Assembly (NCBI GenBank): GCA_951406725.2
Contig: OX597823.1
Span: 2,728,001-2,792,000, forward strand
DNA from: Octopus vulgaris
Lineage: Eukaryota
Direction: 5' to 3'
Length of the DNA stretch: 64,000 bases
The stretch's first letter is position 1. Every line of letters begins with the position of its first letter. A program made the position numbers and the translations under genes. The notes beneath the pieces were generated by a model. It had not been told where the DNA came from and made no database searches. It saw only the letters and a list, made by a program, of their open reading frames with translations. Below are positions 40,105 through 53,845 of the stretch, piece by piece.

Positions 40105-40146
40105 AATTCTTGAAAAGTCGCATTGCGACGACAACCGGTTGGAGTT
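40105..40146 (+). ncRNA. Hammerhead-like motif with U3-A8 core in a PLE-type 3'UTR (~39780-40300); non-canonical GAC/UUG
   Basis: AATTC-TTGAAAA-GTCGC-ATT-GCGAC-GAC-AAC-CG-GTT-G-GAGTT. Confidence 0.45.
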
Positions 40147-40399
40147 TATATATTAAAAAAAAAAAATTTTTAATTTTCCATACACCCATTTTCACTAAAA
40201 TTTACCTTCAATTCTGCCTCTTTATAATTCTGCCTTTTTATAATTTTTCCTTGCCTATCATTTCTCCACGTGCGGTCAACACAACCCCACCATTTATTGT
40301 TATATATATAGTTATTATTATCTGAGGGAATATTATTCCTAACTTAGAGGAAAAATTCAATTTAGAAATACTAAATCAAATTTCACAAAATATAATATA

Positions 40400-40716
40400 T
40401 ATATATATATATAAAAATTAAGATAAAAACACCTTTTATCGATTCAAAATGAACAATTAAATTACAACATCTAGAAAATTACATATAATAGAAATATTAA
40501 AATTAAAATAACAATAATATACTGAATATTAAGTAAATTGCAAAAAAATAATAATGATAACGTATATATTAGGTAGAATAACGACACGGGTTTCGTGGCT
40601 ATATTTAAGAAATGATTATAGAAGTAGTAAAATCACATCGATATAAATATAGCTACTCATCAGGTTAAAAATAAACTAGAATAATAAAATAATCAATTAA
40701 TAAATATGCTTTAAAA

Positions 40717-40794
<78 letters not shown>

Positions 40795-41950
40795 ACACTA
40801 AATATACATTAAAATTAATTAATATACACAATGTTTGTACAAACCATTAATATTGCAATCAAAATAAGAAATGGTTCAAATATAGACAAACTCATAATAT
40901 AAGCTAACTATATAACCAAGAAATAATTTTCTTCATTTTGTTTAAAATATTAATATAACATATAATAGAATAGTAAAATATACTCTAATACTATTAAATA
41001 ATATCTACAATAAATAAATAAACCACATAAGATTGAATAAGGTTTAATATATACTAAAGATAAGTTAAATGTAATATATAGGTACATAGAATTATTATAG
41101 CATTAGATTTAAATGACTATTTACTATAAATTTAAAGTCTAAATAATTAGTAATTAAATCAAATATATATTATTATGTTGGAATTGATTTATATTATTAT
41201 AATAAATATTTAAAAATAATATAATTATTTATTTATTAGCTAAATCTATTGTAAAGTTACTTTAATTATTATTTACATTTAATTTTACGTTCGTCCAAAA
41301 TTTACCAACGCATAATTGTTGTTAAATAATATTTCCTTAATTTCGTTAATACAACGAGAACAATTATTACTCCCTATAGTATATGATTTAGCCCAACAAA
41401 TAATATCCCAATTTAATTTATATTTAATAGATCTTGATTTAAGGTCCCAAATATATTTACTGAAACTTGTTGAATTTATAAGATTTTTATTCCTAAAAGA
41501 ATACATATATTGAGAAATTCTAGATATCATTTTATTCGAAGTGGACCCTATATAAATAGTATTTAAATAGCGATTATTCAAATTCTTATCATCTATTATA
41601 GTTACCATTCACCTATAGACTACATTATCTAATTTACAATAATTGTTAAATTTACATATGGACTTATCCCTACACGTACAATAAATTAAATCTTTATTAT
41701 TAATATTGGAATCAATATTTAATCTATATCTATAGAATTTTTTAATTTAAAAATATTACATGAAGAAATAATATTGCCAATATTATTAGTAGTTGAATAA
41801 CCAACATCAAAAGTATCTTTAGAAAAAATATTATAATATTTCTTATTATCCCTAATAAATACTTCAATCATATTTACAATCTCTTTAATGAGATTTTTAA
41901 ACCTCAGCGCCAAAAGGAATGATTAACCAAATTTTATTTTTATTTAAATC

Positions 41951-42004
<54 letters not shown>

Positions 42005-42400
42005 AATTATTATTATTAATATAATTATTATTATTATTATTTTTATTTTTATTATTATTATTATCATTATTATTATTATTGTTATTATAATTATTATCAT
42101 TATCATTATAATTATTATAACTATCATTATTATAACTATAAATATTTGTGATAGTATTAAATTTATTATCTTTATTAATTGAATTAAATATTATTTTATT
42201 TTAATTTTTCTTACTATTATTTTATTTTTTATTTTAATACTAAATTTAGGCTTTACATCATCAAAATTCCTACTATTATTAAGACGATAAATAACTAAAT
42301 AAAATTTATCATAATTCAGATAATTAGGTTTATCATTATAAAAATCATTAAAACTATAATCTTTTAAGTTATAATTATGTTTACAAACGTTAAATATAAA
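40400..42400 (-). mobile_element. Very AT-rich Penelope-like 3' half (GIY-YIG + 3'UTR)
   Basis: IYIGST..RISQY..SFRN..STSFSKYIWDLK..LNWDII..CSRCINE (41285-41608); IPFG and VGYSTTNNIGNII upstream. Confidence 0.8.
40579..40667 (-). ncRNA. Type I hammerhead ribozyme, canonical core, long stem II
   Basis: TAAC-CTGATGA-GTAGCTATATTTA..TAAATATAGCCAC-GAAAC-CCGT-GTC-GTTA. Confidence 0.8.
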
Positions 42401-42427
42401 TATATATATATATATCTGGGGAGGGGG

Positions 42428-43030
<603 letters not shown>

Positions 43031-44428
43031 CACACACACACACACAATGGCTTCGTTGTTACGGAGATCTTTATATTGATAAATCTAATGATCTCGTTGC
43101 ATTTGCAAACAGTATAGCTTTCACTAATCAGGAAGGCTAAACTCTGGAGCTTGACGTTCTGATTGGACCAAGTGGTGTCCTGGTTGTGCATCAAGCATCA
43201 GGTTTAAATTTTATTCATGCTTTATTATTTTTGTTTGTTTGTTACTTTGGCCTACGTGTTTTTCAAATCTGGGCTTCGTTTCCGGCCTAGGGTTATACAA
43301 TTTCTGCATATTTTCTTTATGAAACTCTACTGCTTTTATTCGTTCCTTTTTTCTTTTTCGTTTTGCTCTCTTCTGTTTTCTATTTTTTCTTTTTAAGTCT
43401 CTTATTCTCTTTGTTTTTTGTTTTTTTATTTTTTTGTTTTTACCTGACACACACTTAACCGGTTGAATGGAACTCCTCACAGCATCTTCCGTTTCACTTT
43501 CCGTACCAACTTTCATTCCTGCAATTTATACTATTTCCAGATTAACGTTCTGCTAGAAAACAAAGACGAATTCTCAGAAATTCATTGTCTTCAGCTCCCT
43601 ATCTTCTCAGATTCTCACACATAAACTGCACTGAACTTTATATATTTTTCATTGGCTTTCGTAATTTTATTCACAGTTCTTATTCACTTGAAACCTCTTA
43701 TGATTCTACGAATAAATATTTATGAAAACCCCTTTTTCGTAACGGATGGTTGCGGTCAGCTAAATATCGTAATCTCTCTGTTTTGTAATCAAATAGAGGA
43801 GATTCAATTCAAGGGAGACATGTTTTAGTTTCAAATATTTTTGACTTGCAAATTGTTGCATGGAATCCCTTCTCGATGACTCGTACCCTAAAACGCATGA
43901 ATTAAATCAACTCTTCCGTCTTCTTCACTAAGCCTTTCACATAACTAAATCTTTCTTGGTGGAATTTGAATATTTAAACTGAATATAGGACTAGATATTC
44001 ATATGAGACGCTTGATAGCTTTCCTCTTTGTAGACAGCGTTGTATAATTAACAAGCGCAGTATAACTCGGGCAATACTCCATTCCGTGTGTCCTCCTCTC
44101 GTTATAGAAGCGTCGGGTGGCTGTCATGATACACGGATAGTCTTGGACATTCAAACCATGCTGGTTCTTGTGTTTCACGAGCTCTGACAGAAACAGAATC
44201 CTTGCAGTGAGGAAGAAAAGGAGGCAGAGAGATGAGAATCGGCACAAAGAAGGGAATTAGTAATTTATCGATAATGAAACAGCGAAAGGCATAAGTGGCC
44301 TGAGATGAGATTCGGACAAGAATGTAGAGAAAAGGAAAGACTACACAAGAAATTCTGTTGCATGCCAATCCGATGCCAATGTTTGCTAAAAGTAATGGTG
44401 CAATGGAACATAACATATATAGCAGGGT

Positions 44429-44548
44429 CACTAGCATAGCTGGCGTGGGGCGGTTGGTGTGGTCCGCCAGGGTGGCACTTTTAAAGGGGTCTGGATGCGG
44501 CAAACGTAGGGGCCACTCCGAGAGGCACACATTCTAGCTCCGTTAGTG
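44429..44548. mobile_element. hAT-type MITE (120 bp)
   Basis: Imperfect TIRs cactagcatagct / agctccgttagtg; 8-bp TSD agcagggt / agcacagt. Confidence 0.65.
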
Positions 44549-44989
44549 AGCACAGTGTATACATTTCTTTTATATAATAGTAATGGAAGCACTTGAGTGT
44601 AGAAAGTATCCCGTGCTCCGTGTGGCAGAACTGATCCTAATAAAGCGGTAATTACGAAAGGTCTGTATTTCTAGGAACAATGGAGGCAATTCTGAGGAAC
44701 TGGCTCCGAAATATCGTTTGCCGTGTGTTGGGAGAAACTGTTGAAAAGTTTCGACTCACTCGCAAAGGAAAGAATTTATGTGAAAGAAGCGCAACTATTT
44801 GTATAGACATAAAAATCAATAATAATTTATAAGCTAGGCAAAGAATGCCTACAGAAATAAACACACATGGGGAGCGCCCTGTATTGAGCCCCTTTATGTT
44901 GAAGCATCTGCAGACGTATGACAAGTGGTGAAACATCATTTCACTATGGCAATATGAAATGGAAATATGCTCTCAGGAACGACTCGTTG

Positions 44990-47390
44990 CAAACAAACAC
45001 AGGTGGAGTCACCTGCTCTACCTCACCAATGCCTTAGTCAAGGAACAAGTTATACTCAGACCAACGAGGCAAAATAAGATTTTGGATCTCTGCTTCACAA
45101 ACAATATAGACATTATTCATGATGTGAAAGTAACGCCGACATTAGTCTCGGATCACAACATAATAGAGCTTTCTATGTTTGGGCCGAAAGTAGCCAGAGG
45201 CATACAGCCAAAAGGAAGCACCCGAAATCTCTCCAATCGGAACTTCCACAAAGTAGACTGGAAACCGATCCAAAAAGAGATCCGCAGACAGGACTGTCCG
45301 AAATGTCTCTCCTGACCAGACGTTGGCATGAAACTAGAATATTTCATGTCTGTTATGCAAGCCATATGCCAGAAATATGTTCCAGAGCACAAGGCCACAA
45401 CAAATTGGAACAAGATTCCAAAGGAGAGGAAGATTCTCATGATATGACGGACGAAGGTTGCAAATCGCCTCAACCAACATGCCAAAAGTAGTGAAAGGTC
45501 CCGCCTAAAAACAACACTGATGTCTTGAACAATTTTATGCCAAAGAAGCCTGGTTTAAAAAACATTAAGCAAATCCAAAGGCACAGCATCAATCACGCAA
45601 GATAGATCCCTCTTCCTAAAGATGGATTGGGTACTGAATGACCAATTCAAAATGTCTTTATCACTCCGTTGGAACACAGACAAGTGAATCAACCGGTGGA
45701 TTTTTTGCCGCCTCACCTATAACCAGAGGCAATTACGATGGAATACATCGACATTAGCGAAGATTTACTAACCATAGATGAAGCAACTGGATGTGATGGT
45801 TTAAAATCCTCCTCAAATCGTGTAGCCCTGGCAAAAACCCTCCAGATTTTCTTCCAGAGCTTTCTTGCAAATGGCAGACTGCCAAGCAAGCTGAAGGAGG
45901 TAATAATATGCCCAATCAATAAAGGAAGCAGAGCAGATGCCAAAACCATAGGCATATCTCTCTGACTTCACACATCAGCAAAGTCAAGGAACAGATCGTC
46001 AGAGGGAAACCAATTGCATACCTTGAAGAAAATAATTTGTTGAGTGATACCCAGCATGACTTTCGAACAGGTAGGAGCTGCCTGACCCAGCTCTTACAAC
46101 ATTATGACTTGGTGTTGAGGCAGTTACTCAACAACTCAAATGTGGACGTAACATACCTTGATTTCGCAAAAGCTGTTGATTAGGGTATGATATGCCACAA
46201 ACTGCGATTTCTCGGCGTAGCAGGAAAACTTGTTGTGTGGTTACATGACTTTCTGAAAGATAGAAGTCAGGAAGTAGTGGCCAATGGTGCCACCTCAACG
46301 AAAACACAAATAGTGAGCGGTGTTCCACAGGGCACTGTCTTGGCACCGCTGCTTTTCATAGTGGCCCTCTTAGATATGCCCTCAACTGCCCGGATAGCTA
46401 CCCTTGCAAGGTACGCAGACGATACGAATGTCGTGTAGAAAATACAGAAGCCCAGCAATGTTGCGCACCTGCAGCAGGAGATGACCTCAATTTACAGATG
46501 GGCTGAGGATAATAATATGCAGTTAAATGCTGAAAAATTCCAAGCCCTGCGCTACCAGCATCCAAAACTGCATATGAAACTTACAGGGTACACTGGTCCA
46601 CAGGGAATTTTAATCCCAGAGTCTAAGTCAATGAAGGACCTGGGTATCGACATGCGTGATGATACCGCTTTTCAAGTGCACATTACCAGGATGGTGACAA
46701 AGTGCAGACAACTGACTCGATGGATCCTGAGAATATTCAGAACGAGCGAGAAGGAAACCATGATGGTCCTCTGGAGGACATTCTTCTCCAGCTGCATGGA
46801 TTCCTGCTTCCAGCTATGGTCACCCAACAGTGTAAAATTAACAGCGGACCTTGAAGCAATCCAGCGAAGCTTCACAAAGAAGATCGTCTCATTGCAACAG
46901 CTCAGCTAATTGGAAAGGCTGCAACAGCTAAGACTCTACTCCCTGAAGCTAAGGCGGGAGAGGTATGCAGTAATATATACATCTGGAAGATCCTGGAAGG
47001 AATTGTGCCAAATTTTGGCATTGGAAGCTACATCAATGCAAAGAACGGGTCGACACTGTACAGTGCCAAATATCCCAGCAATGCCATCGAGCTTCAGGAC
47101 CAGTTACTGCAACAACCTGTGTTTCGGGGGCCCACATCTTGTTTAATATTCTCCCAAAGAACCTGAGGAATCTGCACAAAGTAGATGTAGGCGTTTTTCC
47201 AATCAAAGCTGGACGACTTCCTGTCGAGAGTCCCAGATGAACGTACCTCAAGGCAAGAGGTGCAAATGAGGGTAGCTATATCAAACTCCATTCTAAACCA
47301 AGTGGCATATATTAAAGGAGGATCTCAGTAATCAGTGTAGCAAAATAGTGGTGCTCCAACATGGCCACAGCAATGAGCTGAAATTATAAA
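44990..47390 (+). mobile_element. Decayed CR1-type LINE ORF2 (relative of the 59320-64000 element)
   Basis: PTR..ILDLCFTN..SDHN, GVPQGTVLAPLLF, YADD and LYSLKLRRERY with stops and frameshifts. Confidence 0.9.
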
Positions 47391-47434
47391 AATGTATGTA
47401 CATATTTTATATATATATATATGTATGTATGAAA

Positions 47435-47706
47435 GCGCATGGCTCAGTGGTTAGAGCGTCGAGCTTACGAGCGTGAGGTTGTGAGCTCGAATCCCGGAGC
47501 GGGCTGCGTGTTGTGTTCTTGAGCAAGGCATTTTATTTCACCTTGCTCCAGTTCACTCAGCTGTAGAAATGAGTTGCGACGTCACTGGTGCCAAGCTTTG
47601 TCTTTCCCTTGGATAACACTGGTGGCGTGGACTTGTGTCTTGGAGGGTAACATTCTAGGTGCTATCCCATGGTCATTCATAACCGAAGGGGGTCTTTACC
47701 CCTTTT
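47435..47706 (+). mobile_element. tRNA-derived SINE (second family), internally deleted
   Basis: A box TGGCTCAGTGG, B-box-like GCTCGAATCC, CORE-like gtgttcttgagcaaggca. Confidence 0.85.
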
Positions 47707-47743
47707 ATATACATATATATTTATATATATATATATGTAAATA

Positions 47744-47814
<71 letters not shown>

Positions 47815-47835
47815 GTATATACATATATATATATG

Positions 47836-47881
<46 letters not shown>

Positions 47882-47900
47882 TATGTATATATATGTATAT

Positions 47901-47952
<52 letters not shown>

Positions 47953-48142
47953 AGGTTAATCCAAACGAGAAAACAGAAAAAGACAACAACACAAAGAGGT
48001 GGAACAATTAAAGTTATATATATATATATGTATATACATACATACATATATACTTTGATACTTTGATACTTTGTTAGGTTTCGGCCATTATTGGCCCAGG
48101 CCATGTCTAACTTAATAGCACCACCTGGTGAAGTCTTTCAAG

Positions 48143-51100
48143 TCAGAATTTGGGCATTATGGGCCATTCAAGTAGAGAGTTATTGTTTACAGAGACATAT
48201 CCGGGTGTAGGGGGTTTATCCGGGATTTCTTGAAGGAATCTGTCCAAAGACCTCTTGAACCCTATAGGGTCAGTTTCTGTTTTAATGTGTTTTGGTGTAA
48301 TGTTAAAGAGAGCGGCGCCAATTGAGGTGAAATAATTGTGCCGTATTGTTGTTATGAGATGAGAGTGCGATTTTTGTTTTGGGCGGATGGCACGGGGCCC
48401 AAGCCTTGGATGTACCTTAAAGGTGATGCCAACATCATTTGGGCAATGCTGATGGAATATTTTCCACATCATGCAGATGATGTAGCGCTCACGACGACGT
48501 TGGAGAGAATAAAGTTTCAGCTTTTCTAGTCGACCCCAATAGTCGAGGCCTGTCATGCCATCTATCTTTTTTGTGATTGCCCTTTGAGGTGCTTCAACCT
48601 TTATGATACCTTGTATTGTGTGGGGAGACCACAGTGGACAACAGTATTCAAGGTGGGGTCGGGCAAAAGTGGAGAAGAGAAGGATAATGGTGTGGATATC
48701 TCTCGACTGGAAAGTTCTGAGAATCCAGGAACACATTCTGCGGGCCATGTCAACTTTGGTGTTTATATGAGTGGACCAGCTTATGTTGTTGTCCACAATT
48801 ACTCCCAAGTCTCTGATGTTGTTGGACGCCGCGAGAGTTTCACCTGAAGGAAGGGAGTATGGGAGTTTCAGGGCATCCTCTTTTCCAAAGTGGATTAACT
48901 CAAATTTATCCTCGTTCAGCAGCATATTGTTTTTTTCTGCCCATTGGATAACAGCCAGTAGATCTGACTGAAGGCATGTCCGGTCACTCGCCTCATTTAT
49001 GACCTTCTGTAGCTTGGAATCATCTGCAAAGATTTTTATGTTGCTGTGCTTGATGATGTCATTAATGTCATTAATGTAAATGATGAAAAGAAGTGGGCCC
49101 AGCACAGTGCCTTGCGGAACGCCACTACTGACTTTGGCTGGGCTTGATTTTACCCCTTCAACTACAACATGTTGAGATCTGTCTGTCAGGAAACACTTGA
49201 TCCATTTCAGTAACTTTCCAGAGACACCAATGTTGGATAGTTTTTTCAATAGGATCTTGTGATCGACCCTGTCGAAGGCCTTACTGAAATCAAGGTAGAT
49301 GACATCGGTGTTGGAGCCCTCTCCCAAAGCTCTCAAAATGTCATCAAAGTGATGCAGGAGCTGCGTTAGGCAGTCCCTTCCATTACGGAACCCATGTTGG
49401 TTGGAGATCAGCCGTCTGTTGCTTTCCAGAAATTGGGTTATTCGAGATCTCACCACCCTCTCAAATACCTTGATGATATGAGAGGTGAGTGAGATCGGAC
49501 GGTAGTTCACTGCAAGGGACTTGTTTCCCTTTTTGAAAACTGGGACAACAGACTGGGACCGAAGGTTTTTTGGAATATAGCCAGCATCCAGTGAGTTTCT
49601 CCACAGATTAGCAAGGGGAGATGCAAGTTGGTGTCGACACACCTTCAGGACACAAGCAGGGAACCTATCGGGGCCTACTGCTGAATTGTGTTTTATTTCG
49701 TTTATCGCCGCTAAGACATCAGGGGCACTAAACGTTATGTCCGATATAGTGTGTTGGGGGTTGACATCACTGATACAGCCCAGATCGGCCATATCAGGAT
49801 TGCTGAAAACAGAGCAGTATTGTTTCTGCAGTATCTCGGCCATGGATTTGGCATTTACTTGGAGAGTGCCAGTTTCATCAATTAGAGGGCCAACAATGGA
49901 GACAGTGACCCTGCGTTTCCTCGCAAATGAAAAGAACACTTTGGTGTTTTATTTTGATTTTTTCAATGGCCCACTTCTCCTCAGCTGATCTTTGGTTATT
50001 GATGAGGGTCTTCATGCATTGTTGGAGGTTATATTTTTTGGATTCAAGCAGTGCGATAGCCGTCGAATGTGTGTGTTGCTGTTGGCAGTACTTTAGTTTG
50101 TTAATTTTTTTGTTTGTTCTTTTTATTTTTCTGATAATGGTTTTTCTGTTTTGGGGGATTCTGCACTTTTTGTTCACAGGTCTTGGTGGGGAGTGTTTTG
50201 CACATATGTCTGTGACGGTGTCTACAAAGATCTGCCAAGATGTTTTATGGTTGGTGGAGATGTGTGTATGTGTAAAGGACCAGTCAACATGTGATAGCTC
50301 GTTCCTGATTGCATCCCAGTTGGCATTATGGAGATCCATGTTGTCAAATGTGTGGGCTGGAGGGAGGTCACTAGGATTAGCTTTCGGCTGGTGGAATTTC
50401 ATGTTACAGAGAACCATGTCATGGTCTGAAAGAAGGGTTTTTTTCCACTGTAACGTTATGTATAGTGTTAGTGTGGTTACTAAACACTAGGTCCAAAATG
50501 TTCTGATGTCTTGTTGGTGCAAGGACAAGTTGGGACAAGAAAAACTCATTCGTAAAGTCGAAAAGTGACTCTGCTGCTTCTTTGTCAGCGGTTGAGGCGG
50601 GAGTGCTTGGTTTCAAACAGTTTGTAGTCCAGTCAACACAGGGTAGATTGAAGTCTCCCATCATGAGTAGGTTGCTAGAATGGCACTGTTGAATAAAGCA
50701 CTTAATGCTGTTGAGGCATTCTTTAAAGCACAGTATGGGTTTTTGGGGCGGCCTATAGAGCCCAATTACTGTCAGGTCATTGGCTTTGTTGTGCACGGTG
50801 ACTGATTCACAGTAGCCGTTGGAGAATATACTATTTCCATCTGCCGTAAACGAGTCATGCAGGAAAATGGCAGTTCCACCCTTCCTCCTGCCGATACGAT
50901 CCGCGCGGATGGTTGTGAAATTCTTCACTCTCACTTCGGCTTCCAAGTGGGAGTTGTCAAGGTGGGTCTCAGTGAGAATGAAGAAAGGGATGTGGTGTGG
51001 ATGGTTACCAACCCAGTCTTCAATGAATTGGACCTTCCATTTTTGTGCATTGATGGAAGGGCTGACACCTTGTGCATTGAGTAGAAATGTGGAAGTTAGT

Positions 51101-51180
51101 GTAGTGGCTGGTTTTGACTGTTGCAGGGGGCTTGGATTTTTTGTGTGTGTTAGTGGTAGCAATGTGGGGAATTGGTGCAC
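48143..51180 (-). pseudogene. LINE ORF2 (APE endonuclease + reverse transcriptase), frameshifts near 50440 and 49950
   Basis: LTETHL, YRPP, MGDFNLP, LDLVF, NYRPISLTS, QHGFR, LDFSKAFD, GVPQG and FADD. Confidence 0.93.
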
Positions 51181-52382
51181 TGGGGTAATAGCATAGGATG
51201 GTGTTGAGTGATGGCTAGAATATTTTTGTGTATCTCTTTTGCCATGTTCAACATGGCTAAAAAAGAATTTTCCTGCTTAGGGAGAAGTTTTTGGCTGGAG
51301 GTGTGGTTGCACTGTTGAATGGGGTTGTAGTTTCCACTTTTGTTGTTGTTGTTTTTGTGTCTTCCTGAAAAGACTGGACCAGCATTACTGCAGCATGGTG
51401 TGTTTCTATTTTTATTTTTATTCAGGTTTGTGTGTTGGCTTGAAGCCCCGTTTCTGTTTGTGCGTCGGGTCCCTGGAAGATGAGTGAAGGGACAGTCACT
51501 CAGCAGACATGTTCTCTCACGTTGGGAATACCGGCAGATTTTGGGACTACGAGTCGTGTGTGTTTTGAATTTCGATTTACTATTTGGTGGTGTTGATGTT
51601 ATTGTGGGATGCGTGCTTTGGCCTTGGCCGGTAGTGCGTCTAGTGCCGGGTAGATGCGTGAAGATGCAGTCACTATTTGTGCAGAGTCTCTGGCGCAGTG
51701 AATAGCGGCATATTTTGGGGTTTCTTGTTTGTGCCGTGGGGGGCGCATTCTGCTTCCTATGTTTCTTTAAGTTTTTGTTACTGCAGTAGTATTGAGGTAG
51801 TGATGTGGGGAAAGAGAGCAGTGGTTTCTTATTTGTTTTTTTGTTGGTATTTTTGGTGATAGAAGACGATGGTGGCAGCGGTGGTGATGATGATGATGAT
51901 AATTGTGGTGGTTGCCGTGAGAGCGGTGAAAAGATACTGGCATTTAGTGAATCATCTAGTATGCTAGAGTTGAAGAGTGGCTGTTGTTGTTCTTGTTGCT
52001 GTGGCTGTTGTTGTTGTTGTTGTGCTTGACCGATGTTAGGGTCAGCCATTGTGCTGGGAACCAGGAGTGGTTCATTCTGTTGTTGTTGTTGTTGTTGTGG
52101 CTGCTGATTTTCTAGCTGTTGCTGTTCTTGAACAGTGAAAATATAAAGAAGCTTTTCAAAATGGCCTTTTGTCAGTTTGAAAGATACTTCGATATGTTTC
52201 AGTTTGCTACGAATCTGTTTGACGGATCGTGTGTTGATCACTTGTGATGTTTTTTCGGCAATCTCATTCAAACACAAAACATTTAAATTTTCTGTTTGGG
52301 AAAGAGAGAACCAAGTGTTTATTAAAACATCAATTTCATTATCAGACCAATTTCGTCTGTTGCAGGCCTGCAAGCTAGTCAT
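51150..52382 (-). CDS. LINE ORF1p, 410 aa: Myb/SANT-trihelix-like N-terminus, polyQ/S linker, two CCCH zinc fingers
   Basis: RRNWSDNEIDVLINTW..RSVKQIRSKLKHI; CRYSLRQRLCTNSDCIFTH and CRYSQRERTCLLSDCPFTH (C-x8-C-x4-C-x3-H). Confidence 0.85.
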   Translation of the reverse strand: MTSLQACNRRNWSDNEIDVLINTWFSLSQTENLNVLCLNEIAEKTSQVINTRSVKQIRSKLKHIEVSFKLTKGHFEKLLYIFTVQEQQQLENQQPQQQQQQQNEPLLVPSTMADPNIGQAQQQQQQPQQQEQQQPLFNSSILDDSLNASIFSPLSRQPPQLSSSSSPPLPPSSSITKNTNKKTNKKPLLSFPTSLPQYYCSNKNLKKHRKQNAPPTAQTRNPKICRYSLRQRLCTNSDCIFTHLPGTRRTTGQGQSTHPTITSTPPNSKSKFKTHTTRSPKICRYSQRERTCLLSDCPFTHLPGTRRTNRNGASSQHTNLNKNKNRNTPCCSNAGPVFSGRHKNNNNKSGNYNPIQQCNHTSSQKLLPKQENSFLAMLNMAKEIHKNILAITQHHPMLLPQCTNSPHCYH

Positions 52383-52737
52383 GTTTGTTTTTCTTTTGAT
52401 TTTTGATATATATATATATTCTTTCTTGGGAGTTAAAGAAGTGTATCAATATATAAATGTTCTTTCTTAAGGGTGTGAGTTATTGATTATTTGGTTGTTT
52501 GAGGATATTAAAAGAAAAACAAGTGTATATAACAATTTGTAGTTAAATAAAAACGTACTTACGGGTTTGTAGGCAAACACGTGGTTACAAATATATATAT
52601 ATCTAAGGTCAGTTAAGTTTTGAGGCTGTGTAGCTTGCTACTGACTTGGGAGAGAAACAAATAGACGTCCATCCAGTTCAACAGAGGCACTACATATATA
52701 TGTATATATATATATGTATATATAAAAACTTAGATAA

Positions 52738-53465
52738 AACTTAGATATGTTTCGACCAGAGATTGGTCCAGGCCATGTCTAACTTAATAGCACCACCTGA
52801 TAGGATTATTCGAATCCTGTTTAAGTCAAGTTTTGTTCAAGTAGTGAGTTCTTGTTGGGTGAGTTGTATCCAGTTTTGTTCAAGTAGTGTGTTCTTCTGG
52901 GTGAGTTGTATACAATTATGGGTGGCTTATCTGGTATTCTTTGAAGGAATCTATCCAGACTCTGTTTGAAGTTGATGGGATCCTTTTCCTCTTTGATCTC
53001 CCTCGGGACAATGTTAAATAGGGCAGGGCCTGTTGAGAAAAAGAAATTATGTTGCAGTGTACATGTATGTTGTGATCTTGAGTTTGGCAGGGGACGTATA
53101 GCCCGTGGTCCAAGTCTTGGATGAACCTTGAAGCTAATGTTTAGGTCGTTTGGGCAAAGTTGGCGGTATATTTTCCACATCGTACAATGATGTACCGCTC
53201 ACGGCGTCGCTGGAGGGAGTAAAGTTTCAAGGCTTTAAGGCGATCCCAATAATCGAGAGCAGCCATGCCTTCAATTTGGTTAGTGAGAGCCCTCTCGGGT
53301 GACTCAATTCTGGAGATGTTTTGTCTTGTGTGAGGAGACCACAGTGGGCAGCAGTATTCAAGGTGTGGCCGTACAAAGGAGGAAAAAAGTGGTATGATGA
53401 CACCTGGTTCTCTGGACCGGAAAGTTCTTAAGATCCAGGAACTCATCCTACGGGCTATATCGACC
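52738..53465 (-). mobile_element. 5'-truncated CR1-type LINE related to 48053-52693
   Basis: FVRPHLEYCCPLWSPH..LYSLQRRRERY; shares the 3'UTR CAGGTGGTGCTATTAAGTTAGACATGGCCTGG. Confidence 0.9.
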
Positions 53466-53473
53466 TTATATAC

Positions 53474-53549
<76 letters not shown>

Positions 53550-53786
53550 CCGGGTGGGGGAGTGTTTGTCTATCTGTCTCTGTTTATCTCCACCTCTCAT
53601 CGATTGATAACTGAAGCTGATGTGTTTACATCCCTGTCACGTAGCGGTTCGCCAAAAGAATCTGCTGGAATAAGTACTATGCTTACCAAGAATAAGTCTT
53701 GGCGTCGATTTGTTCGCCTATGTGCGGTGCCTCAGCATGGCCGTAGTCAAGTTACTGAGAAAAGTAAAAGAATAAAAGAATATATT

Positions 53787-53845
<59 letters not shown>

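Larger units (their letters stand above)
48053..52693 (-). mobile_element. Full-length young CR1-type LINE with (AAAGTATC)n 3' tail
   Basis: 5'UTR, intact ORF1, ORF2 with APE + RT broken only by two frameshifts; 8-mer tandem tail at 48053-48075. Confidence 0.95.

Noticed and set aside
43045-43201. Protein-like plus-strand reading (YGDLYIDK..LELDVLIGPSGVLVVHQAS) ending at a GT
   Set aside because: In-frame TAA in both duplicates, no good acceptor and no recognisable family.
52425-52562. Possible intron in the LINE 5'UTR (GTAAGT donor at 52562, minus)
   Set aside because: Only a weak AAG acceptor is visible and a 6-mer donor match is expected by chance.
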